The translations under genes and the position numbers were made by a program. Positions 10,066 through 19,197 of a stretch of 21,047 nt of DNA are shown here, piece after piece. The notes beneath the pieces are model-generated. The model was not told the DNA's origin. It searched no databases and saw nothing but the letters and a program-made list of their open reading frames with translations. The stretch lies in the NCBI GenBank assembly GCA_024626585.2, contig JANKJI020000004.1:16813930-16834976 (forward strand). The letters are read 5' to 3'. The stretch comes from Ginkgo biloba. Lineage: Eukaryota; Plantae; Ginkgophyta. The stretch's first letter is position 1. Every line of letters starts with the position of its first letter.

Positions 10066-12040
10066 CTTCTTGTCATTCAAGAGGTTTGTAACCTGATGCC
10101 TTGGCCCATGGATGTATGCATTTCTTGTCTTGGCTTATTGAGTTTGATTTTTTGATATAGTTCCATAGTNNNNNNNNNNNNNNNNNNNNNNNNNNNNNNN
10201 NNNNNNNNNNNNNNNNNNNNNNNNNNNNNNNNNNNNNNNNNNNNNNNNNNNNNNNNNNNNNNNNNNNNNAAGATAGAAGTGGAAGGGAGGTTCTGCTTGA
10301 ATACATTCAGATCAATAACATTCATTTCATATGCCTGCTGTAAACAATCTTGAAAATCTGAAATTGCTCTGCAAGTCTCTTCCTTCTGATTTCTTCCACT
10401 GACGCACACCTCCACTCTGTTAAGAGATGCCCTGGCTATAGCATGCAGATAACCTTTGATTTTCTGATTTTTCCCACAAGGCNNNNNNNNNNNNNNNNNN
10501 NNNNNNNNNNNNNNNNCACTTAAGAACACTTAATCATGGCAATATCAAGCACATGAACCAACATAACTACCCAGTGCCAAGAACACATGGCAGAATATAA
10601 TCACAGCACCATGTAAACATATGCAAAGCACAATAAAAATAAAACATGCCATCAAAATACAAGGGTCAGAGATGAACAGAGAGAAGAGCGATCAAGTCCA
10701 AGTGCCCAAAAACATCTCCATAAAGGAGCCCAAGAGTATAAAACCAGATCCAACTACAAATGAACATGCTGATGAGCATTTATATATCCCCTGCACAACC
10801 TTAAAAGACGACACACTACCTGANNNNNNNNNNNNNNNNNNNNNNNNNNNNNNNNNNNNNNNNNNNNNNNNATCAACTACTGTGTTGAATAGATTGACAT
10901 AATCCCATATTACTAACCACAGTTAAAAAATGGGATCATAACATTCATGGAGATATCACCCAAGCAGATAATTGTACAAATTGTGTTTCAGGTTAGAAAA
11001 AGACAATTCTTAAACCCAAATCCTATGGACCTTAATTTTTTTGCATCAATGCAGTCATTTGATGTTACAGATATCAAGTTTCCCGTCTGTCTGGCTGGAA
11101 TGCACATAGACTATTCTAATTCATTTCCTTCTTTTAGGTTATTACATGATTTATGTATCCGAAAAATATTAAATGAGGCCTTCATCCCATAATTTGAAGA
11201 CAACTGAAGGCAAACACAGTTTTGCAAAGGGGCCACAGTTTCATTTTTCTGCCAAACCAGTTTCATTAACAACAGACTGTTTGCCCGGTGCACAGCCTCT
11301 GCGATTCAATTCCAAATTGATGAAATGGATTAGCATTAAAGGACTAATTACATTTTTCAACTATACTTTGGGACAATTCTCAGAAGAAAACCCGATTGAT
11401 TTAGTTGAGGGCATGTGGCTGCCCAGGCCGATTCTACAACATCATGTTTTGTTTATTATGTTCAGATTAGTACAAGGAAAGACATGTAATACTAATAGAG
11501 GTAGAAGAGATGTAGAGGTAATCGTAAGCCTAACTCCATATGTCAACTTGAAATTTGATAATCAAACTGCCCGCCAAAGGGTGCAGATCAAACACAAGCA
11601 GAAATTATTCTTGCCCATCGAATGTGATAGGCGCCCATGCGAAAATTTCCATAGTTTTTTTAAAACGCAAGAGTAATTGCAAACGTAAGATAGGGATTTG
11701 CAGGCTAATGCTGAACTCCAAGCTGGAGTCCAAGCCGTCAAAAAAATCTCCGTTAACAGCTGAGTGCGACTGTCAAGATCCACGCCTGTCCTTAGGTGAT
11801 CGAGGACCCATGGAGAGTGCCCTTTAAAGCTATGAGCTTTACTGTGTGTGAATGCGATGACTCCATGGGGATTGACCTGATTACCCCTGGTTGGCAGATA
11901 CCCCCTCTTATGTTACCAACCTACCTAGTGCCCATTTGTCCAACAAACTAATGAAATATCACATTACGAACAATCCCAAGCGGTGAAAAACATTGACCGC
12001 ACAACAAAACATTCTTATTAAGGGAGGTGAAAATCCATAC

Positions 12041-12102
12041 CTGATGTCTTAAGAGAATCTTGCCTTTGTGCAGGTAATCATTTCCCCTAGCATATTGGCC
12101 AT
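12041..12102 (-). pseudogene. Frameshifted duplicate of IMPA9 coding exon 1
   Basis: ATG at 12102. The 3' part reads LPAQRQDSLKTS+G|gtatgg (cf. IMPA-9 RRDPIKSSV). The exon is 62 nt rather than 64, a 2-nt deletion relative to the copy at 12348-12391. The ATG frame stops after 17 aa (MANMLGEMITCTKARFS*), and the correct frame has TGA at 12080-12078. Confidence 0.85.
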
Positions 12103-12347
12103 CGTTTCCTTTACTATTGAACACTTTTAAGCTTCTTTCTAACTTCCTTCCTTGCCCAAAAAAATTAAGGGTGACTTCTTTGCTAATCCCTCTTGCCCAA
12201 ATTTAGCTCTGAATTTGGCTCCCATAACCTTGTTCGGCATGCATTTANNNNNNNNNNNNNNNNNNNNNNNNNNNNNNNNNNNNNNNNNNNNNNNNNNNNN
12301 NNNNNNNNNNNNNNNNNNNNNNNNNNNNNNNNNNNNNNNNNNNNNNN

Positions 12348-12391
12348 CGTCTTTGTGCAGGCAATCCCGTTTCCCCTCCCATATGGGCCAT
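12348..12391 (-). CDS. IMPA9: Importin subunit alpha-9-like, coding exon 1 (intact copy; last ~20 nt and donor fall in gap)
   Basis: ATG at 12391 in context GAAACGATGG, reading MAHMGGETGLPAQR(R) in one frame up to the N-run. It is colinear with the duplicate whose 3' end splices in phase to exon 2. Confidence 0.8.
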
Positions 12392-12949
12392 CGTTTCCTT
12401 TACTATCCAACACTTTGAAGCTTCTTTCTGATGACTTCCTTGCCCAAAAAAATTAAGGGTAACTCTTTCAAATCAAAAATTAAGGGTGATTTAGCTCAAA
12501 CCGATTAAATTCACTCCCGTGCCTTTATTGTTAAACCTCCCTTCTTCTCGCTGCATACCAGCTACCACCGCACGCTTCGCAGCATATGGGAAATCCTCCC
12601 GACTTCTTTGCGATGTTTGGCATTCCCAATTGCTGCGCTAGCATTCTCTAAGACATGGTACTCTCAACTCTCTGCATGCTCGTACAGGTTTATATTTTTC
12701 CTCGCTTGAGGATGTTCTCGACTAAACCATTGTATGCAGAGTCGTTGTTATGTGGGTCTTTTTTTTCGTTTTCCCATTTTTCTTCATATAGCAAATAATC
12801 CTACTCCCTCGTATGAATATATGAATATTTTATGCGGTCTTCTTTATGTGAATGTGAATATATGAATATTTTAAGTGTTTGCTCTTAATAACATCGGTTT
12901 GATTGATTGTGGGCTTGTGTTACTTTTTGTTTGGTTTTTTTTTCACTTA

Positions 12950-13381
12950 TCCTTATCCTTTGTTTATTAGTGTGTGTTTGTGTTTGTGTTTGTGTTTGTG
13001 TTTGTGGAATAAAAGTCAAATGCATATTTGTTGGTGCTTTGAGATGTTTCTATGACTATAAAAAAAAAATCTCATCTATCCCACATTACTAGTGAGGATT
13101 GGTTCGTAGGGGTGTAAAGGACCTTACATATAGTGATACCTTTATCAATGGAGTTAGTTTGCATAGTGGACGTATATATTCTTATTAACGTCGATTTCAT
13201 TGGTTGCGACCCTGTGTAATCTTTTGCTTGGATTTGCCCCTCGCCTATCCCTTATTTATTAGTGTGTGTTTATGCGTGGAATAAAAGTCAGATGCATCTA
13301 TGTTCGTGCCTTGGGATTGTTCCTATGACTGTAAAAACTCTCTCTCATCTATCATACATTGGTAGTGATCATTGGTCCATA
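12950..13381. repeat. Diverged tandem duplication, period ~270-290 bp
   Basis: TTTATTAGTGTGTGTTT...GTGGAATAAAAGTCA(A/G)ATGCAT...CTATGACT...TCTCATCTATC...TAGTGA..ATTGGT occurs at ~12963-13105 and ~13254-13378. The second copy runs into a gap and lacks the expanded microsatellite. Confidence 0.85.
12973..13006. repeat. (TGTGTT)5 microsatellite
   Basis: Five perfect hexamers plus TGTG, read directly. Confidence 0.95.
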
Positions 13382-13616
13382 NNNNNNNNNNNNNNNNNNN
13401 NNNNNNNNNNNNNNNNNNNNNNNNNNNNNNNNNNNNNNNNNNNNNNNNNNNNNNNNNNNNNNNNNNNNNNNNNNNNNNNNNACTTGATTGTAGAGATATG
13501 ATTGGGTTCCCTCAGAAGAGGGTCAATTTTTTTTTTACTAAGGTTCTTCATCTATTCCATCCTGTGTAAAAAATAGTTGGCTTTCCTCCAAGTAGGAAGG
13601 TGACCAAACCCAACCA

Positions 13617-14131
13617 TCAAATGTAGCAGAGGATTTTCCTGCTACGTTTGACATAAGGTAGCTGAGGCTCCTGTTAGGAGCCTCAGCTACCTTACGTCAA
13701 ATGTAGTAGTTATGTTTGACGTAAGGTCAAATGTAGCAAGAGCCTCTACTACCTTATGCCAAACGTATCTGCTATGTTTGACATAACGTAGTAGGAGCCT
13801 CCTGCTACGTTATGTCAAATGTAGAAGATATGTCTGACGTAAGGTAATAGAGGCTCCTGCTATATATTGTTGTCAAAACATAATAGGAGCCTCGGCTACC
13901 TTACGTTAAACATAGTAGAGGAGCTACCTTACGTCAAATGTAGCAGCCTCTGCTATGTTTGACGTAAGGTAGCCGACCTTAGCTACATCAAACGTAGCAC
14001 CCTTTGCTATGTTTTAAAAATATGAGGCTGCTATGTTTGTAAAATATACCTAAGACTACGGCTACATTTGACGTAGTTGAGCGCTCAACTATGTCAAACG
14101 TAGCCATAGCCTCGACTATGTCAAACTTAGC
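13617..14131. repeat. Array of a ~20-bp motif (CTACGTTTGACGTAAGGTAG) in alternating orientations, likely DNA-transposon subterminal repeats
   Basis: There are many direct and inverted copies. For example, 31-bp arms at 13642-13672 and 13676-13706 flank a GTT loop with only 2 mismatches. Variation is mostly CG->TG/CA. Confidence 0.85.
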
Positions 14132-14354
14132 AACATCTTCTATGTAAAATTAATAACATGAATTAACTATTAAATATATATTATTTCATGTAATTATATT
14201 ATCAAATTAAACTTGCAATAGTTGGAGACATGTGCATATATACGTGAATCAATCATACAATAATTTTTGTAAGGTTATATGTGTTTTTTACTTGACATTC
14301 TTAAATAAGGAATATTTAATTTATATATTAAAAAAGTATTTAACTTAAATAAAA

Positions 14355-14496
14355 TTTTATTTTATTTTTTTGACAGATGTAATTAGACCCCTTCCCAAAG
14401 ACAGGGCTTGCCAAGGTCTCATCATCATTACATGGAATGGTCATCCTCATGTCGCCTGGTTTAGGTGGTTTCGGCCTTCGGTGTGTAATCATTGTT
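14355..14496 (-). mobile_element. Possible 3' end of a non-LTR retroposon (SINE/LINE) with A-rich tail
   Basis: A GC-richer body (14372-14496) ends on the minus strand in ...TACATCTGTC-AAAAAAATAAAATAAAA. The 5' part is lost in a gap and no TSD is verifiable. Confidence 0.4.
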
Positions 14497-14596
14497 NNNN
14501 NNNNNNNNNNNNNNNNNNNNNNNNNNNNNNNNNNNNNNNNNNNNNNNNNNNNNNNNNNNNNNNNNNNNNNNNNNNNNNNNNNNNNNNNNNNNNNNN

Positions 14597-15674
14597 TATT
14601 GGATCCTTTTGAGACAATTCCCATTCATTGCCACTTCTTCCATCTGCGGCAAATTCGTTTGTTCAACCGTCTTCTTCCCATTCAATTGTTTTTTCATCGA
14701 CTCTTGTAAAAGCTTCCACAATTTAGGGTTCTTATTCCACAACTAGCAACAGATTGTAGTTCTCCACCACATGGGCTTGCTTCATGTATTTCTTAATAAA
14801 ATAGCTACAGGTGNNNNNNNNNNNNNNNNNNNNNNNNNNNNNNNNNNNNNNNNNNNNNNNNNNNNGTGGCTAGTTTCTTCCATCTATATCAAGCATTCTT
14901 CCCGCCTCTAGATGCTCGATGAATGTTGTGTGGAGGCTATGTTATTGGCGCCCACAGTATAGTTAATAAAAGTTGTTCTCTTCCACTATAGGTGCTACAT
15001 TTTTCATACTTCCATTAAGGGTTTTATGGATGACATTTCTCCTTCAAGGGTTATCCACGCATTTTTTCTACAGTTGCATTCTTCTCCAACAGTGCTTTCG
15101 CTCTCCAATAGTAAGAGTNNNNNNNNNNNNNNNNNNNNNNNNNNNNNNNNNNNNNNNNNNNNNNNNNNNNNNNNNNNNNNNNNNNNNNNNNNNNNNNNNN
15201 NNNNNNNNNNNNNNNNNNNNNNNNNNNNNTCTTTTTCTTTAGATCTAAGCAATAGAGCCTTCATTTGGCAATCTCTCATAATTTCTTTTTCTACAACTTG
15301 CCTCTTTCAATCTCACAGTTATAGTTTGCTCCAAGGATCTCTTCAAGATTCAAATTTTCTTCTCAAGATATGATTCACTGGAGGCATCCTTGTTGCAACT
15401 GTATCTTTGGATTGCAACAATATTCGTCTAGATGCAAGAAACTTTCTTAAGCATTTGTTTGAATAGCTTAGTAGTTACTTATTTAAAACAACCTAGTAAA
15501 CAAAAAAAATTCAACAAAACAAAAATAACATCACAACACTTTATAGGTAGGATTTTCAAACTTGCTCTGATACCATGTGAATAAATTACATAACAATCCA
15601 CAACAATGAATACCAATTTCAGAAAGAAAATTGCACCAAGACTTGGATTATTAAATTAACATATACATTATATA
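14597..15674 (-). mobile_element. Decayed LTR retrotransposon 5' part (LTR end, PBS, gag remnants), probably Ty1/copia
   Basis: On the minus strand the LTR end ...TATTCACA is immediately followed by a perfect PBS and a short leader. Degenerate gag-like pieces follow (KALLL; TVEKM...KYE..NVAPIVEE; decayed zinc knuckle TCSY..K.HEASPC...WNKNP). Confidence 0.7.
15564..15575 (-). promoter_or_regulatory. Primer binding site complementary to tRNA-iMet
   Basis: Exact TGGTATCAGAGC on the minus strand, adjacent to the LTR-terminal CA. Confidence 0.92.
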
Positions 15675-15774
15675 NNNNNNNNNNNNNNNNNNNNNNNNNN
15701 NNNNNNNNNNNNNNNNNNNNNNNNNNNNNNNNNNNNNNNNNNNNNNNNNNNNNNNNNNNNNNNNNNNNNNNNNN

Positions 15775-16038
15775 GAGTTTTGGGTCTCTATACTGCACGT
15801 CGTGCTTTTGCGCCTGGCACCGTGATTTGACGCCATATTTCTATGGTACCACATAAATACACAATGCATTTCTGCGATATTTCTCTGTAACAACACATGT
15901 TTCTATGGTATTGAGTTTTTTCGTACTGTGGATAATTTGACGACTGTACAAAAGGACGGAGTGCTTGTATTCCAGTGTTTCTTCAATTTTGAGAGTTGAT
16001 TACCCCTCTTGGTTTGACACCAAATCGCTTCCGCAACA
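15775..16038 (+). mobile_element. Possible LTR 3' end (solo or 3' LTR)
   Basis: Ends in GCTTCCGCAACA (16027-16038), resembling the CTTCCGC...AACA termini of plant copia LTRs. No PBS follows, and the 5' end is in a gap. Confidence 0.33.
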
Positions 16039-17835
16039 CGCTGAAGGTCATTCCTTTATACTCCTATCAAGCGGGTAAATCAATGCCAATTTATGGCCTC
16101 TAAATGATGATTGATCACTTGAAATATAGAGAATTGATAAAAATACTTGGCNNNNNNNNNNNNNNNNNNNNNNNNNNNNNNNNNNNNNNNNNNNNNNNNN
16201 NNNNNNNNNNNNNNNNNNNNNNNNNNNNNNNNNNNNNNNNNNGTTGTGAGGATTAAAAAGCCTCATTTTTGTTTTCCCCTAATACTTAATACATATGTTT
16301 TTTTGGGCACAAATTGGGATAACTGTTAGCTCCAAGCCAAGTGGAAGACAAAACCACAAATGCACATTTTTTTCATTATTTGATGGACTTTACCACATTT
16401 TATGAACTCAATTATTTGAGCCCTAAAAACTAGTGTTGGATATCGAGATTGCAACTTATATAGTGATTGAGCAAGTGTTGTTGCACTCTATGAGGTTGGA
16501 AACAACAATATAGAGCATAAAGCTTGAATCTTAATCTTGAACACCACTTAATTTTGAAAAAAATTATCCACCATTTTAAATTTAATGACTTGAAAGAAAG
16601 CTTATGCAAGTTGCACTTTGACATAGACATCCAAACGATAACAATAAATTTAGTGTTCCATAAGTTCATGTATGGTGTATGCAAAGTTTTTTGTTACTAA
16701 TTGTTTTGTAACAACTCTTATCAATCCATAGGGTCATTGACATTTTGGCTTGCAATGTTTCAAGGCATCTTCAACTAATGAACAAAAGTACAAACACTAT
16801 TTTTGTCATTGCTTGATGCTCATAATAAAGATTTTCAAAAGGTCTAATAAAGGCATACTATAAGACAATAAAATCCTCATGCATGACTTGTCACTCACGT
16901 ACTTTTGTTCTTCATGATTGTCTTTTTGTGTCTAAATTGCTTTCCTTTTACAATAATATGAAAATGATTAAAATCNNNNNNNNNNNNNNNNNNNNNNNNN
17001 NNNNNNNNNNNNNNNNNNNNNNNNNNNNNNNNNNNNNNNNNNNNNNNNNNNNNNNNNNNNNNNNNNNNNNNNNNNNNNNNNNNNNNNNNNNNNNNNNNNN
17101 NNNNNNNNNNNNNNNNNNNNNNNNNNNNNNNNNNNNNNNNNNNNNNNNNNNNNNNNNNNNNNNNNNNNNNNNNNNNNNNNNNNNNNNNNNNNNNNNNNNN
17201 NNNNNNNNNNNNNNNNNNNNNNNNNNNNNNNNNNNNNNNNNNNNNNNNNNNNNNNNNNNNNNNNNNNNNNNNNNNNNNNNNNNNNNNNNNNNNNNNNNNN
17301 NNNNNNNNNNNNNNNNNNNNNNNNNNNNNNNNNNNNNNNNNNNNNNNNNNNNNNNNNNNNNNNNNNNNNNNNNNNNNNNNNNNNNNNNNNNNNNNNNNNN
17401 NNNNNNNNNNNNNNNNNNNNNNNNNNNNNNNNNNNNNNNNNNNNNNNNNNNNNNNNNNNNNNNNNNNNNNNNNNNNNNNNNNNNNNNNNNNNNNNNNNNN
17501 NNNNNNNNNNNNNNNNNNNNNNNNNNNNNNNNNNNNNNNNNNNNNNNNNNNNNNNNNNNNNNNNNNNNNNNNNNNNNNNNNNNNNNNNNNNNNNNNNNNN
17601 NNNNNNNNNNNNNNNNNNNNNNNNNNNNNNNNNNNNNNNNNNNNNNNNNNNNNNNNNNNNNNNNNNNNNNNNNNNNNNNNNNNNNNNNNNNNNNNNNNNN
17701 NNNNNNNNNNNNNNNNNNNNNNNNNNNNNNNNNNNNNNNNNNNNNNNNNNNNNNNNNNNNNNNNNNNNNNNNNNNNNNNNNNNNNNNNNNNNNNNNNNNN
17801 NNNNNNNNNNNNNNNNNNNNNNNNNNNNNNNNNNN

Positions 17836-18148
17836 ATTAAGTCTCAAGTGGAGAAAGGAGTTACATGCACATGAGTGACACATGTCTTACATGAAGGCAT
17901 TAAATACGACATGCATTGTGAAGAGTTTTTGTGTTGGAGTTTCACTTTTGCACTCCACCTCTCCTCTCTAGTTTTTGGATTGTGTATTGTATTTTGTTGA
18001 GTAATCTATGAGTAGTATTGTTGTAGCAGTTTTGTTATGCATGTTCCATTGTATGTTGCAGATTTCAGCTTTGTGTGAGTGAAGATCCTTGGGTGTATGA
18101 GATTATGTTGAGCTGTGCACTCTAATTTCTACAAAGTGGTATTAGAGC
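17836..18148 (+). mobile_element. LTR 3' portion plus tRNA-iMet PBS
   Basis: ...TTCTACA (ends 18133) AAG TGGTATTAGAGC (18137-18148, one C->T from consensus). T/G-rich R/U5-like sequence lies upstream, with a TATA-like TTAAATA near 17900. Confidence 0.7.
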
Positions 18149-18387
18149 AAATGGTGTTGTAGTTATATTATTTTTTCAAGGATGTTGAAAGCCTTGTTGT
18201 CAAGCTATGAAAAGATGAGTTGTTTCTTAAAATTTTTTGATATGAAATTGTTGTTATGAAGAAAGGTTTTTTGCTTGAAGCTGTGAGAAACTATGTAAAG
18301 GTTTTTGAGTTGTGAGCAAAGTCTAAGGTTTGAAGATGTTAGATTAAAGATATAGTTCTTTTGTTATTATTGAAGCTTCAGGTGGAC

Positions 18388-18408
18388 TGTTACAAGCGGC
18401 ATTAGAGC
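18388..18408 (+). mobile_element. Second, more degenerate LTR-end/PBS junction
   Basis: TGTTACA AG CGGCATTAGAGC versus consensus ...TGTTACA AG TGGTATCAGAGC (3 transitions in the PBS). Confidence 0.45.
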
Positions 18409-18927
18409 AGTTCGTTCCAATCACTCATGGGAGAAATACCAACTAATTGGAAGGCGATGTTTCAAGCTCCCCGACTCTCTCGCTTGTGGTGGGTTTATCC
18501 AAATGTCAAAGGTTGCAGTGAGGGTTGCCACTGCCACCTGTTATTGGTAATGGAGGTGCTAGTCGGCAGATTAAAGCTTTGAAGAGAACACATGAACGAG
18601 TGATGTTTAAAGGTGAAAATGAAGACAACATTGAGCCATTGTTGAAACGCCTTAGTAAAATGTGCACTAGCCAAAGATAAAGAGGAGTAAATTATGCAAA
18701 ATCTGCATGATGATGAAGAATAGCAATCGTCGTTGGAGCAAGCGGGGAAAGAGGAAAAACGTCGATGATATCAAACAAGCGACAGAGGTAGCCGCATTGC
18801 AAGCGATGGGCATTATATCTTGCAGTGAGATGGAATGTGATAGAAGAAAGGCATTAGAAAAAGTTTTTCTCAAGGTCACCTCTAAACAGAAGCTAACACA
18901 ATATAGTCTCTCCTACAATACCTTATG

Positions 18928-19197
18928 TGCAGTAGTCCACAGATTATGTTTGAGCCAAGCGAGCATCATGTGACTATCGATTTGCTAACATCAGATTAGA
19001 GAAGAATACTGTGGATGCTTTACGACAAAAGAAATGGTAAAGGAGAACAATGCAGATTGCTTCATCTGCTTGGCAGAATTTGGGGATGGAGAAGTGGAGA
19101 GAGTGCTACCTAAATGCAATCACTTATTTCACCTGGATTGCGTGGACAAATGACTTTTTTCTATTCTTCGTGTCCAATATACAGTCACAGTCTCGCT
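18928..19197 (+). pseudogene. ATL-family RING-H2 E3 ubiquitin ligase pseudogene fragment
   Basis: A GLD-like motif RFANIRLEKNTVDAL (18978-19022) is followed in another frame by [45 protein letters not shown] (19055-19194). The conserved Trp is TGA (19151-19153), there is a 1-nt deletion near 19163, and the last Cys is Tyr. No start codon or TM segment was recognised. Confidence 0.9.

Larger units (their letters stand above)
3345..12040 (-). other. IMPA9 intron 1 (at least 8.7 kb, TE-filled; ~0.3 kb longer if the intact exon-1 copy is used)
   Basis: GT donor at 12040-12039 and AG acceptor at 3346-3345. The phase-1 junction G|TG restores Val in KTSV-GNIAG. The interval contains several assembly gaps. 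Confidence 0.75.

Noticed and set aside
11173-11676. 167-aa plus-strand ORF
   Set aside because: No recognisable domain, atypical composition, and antisense within intron 1; likely chance.
13617-14131. CRISPR-like appearance of the palindromic repeat array
   Set aside because: Units alternate in orientation, there are no unique spacers of constant length and no cas genes, and the context is eukaryotic.
18707-18973. 88-aa ORF as the N-terminus of the ATL gene
   Set aside because: It has no hydrophobic TM segment, stops before the GLD motif, and overlaps a repeated unit of the surrounding element.
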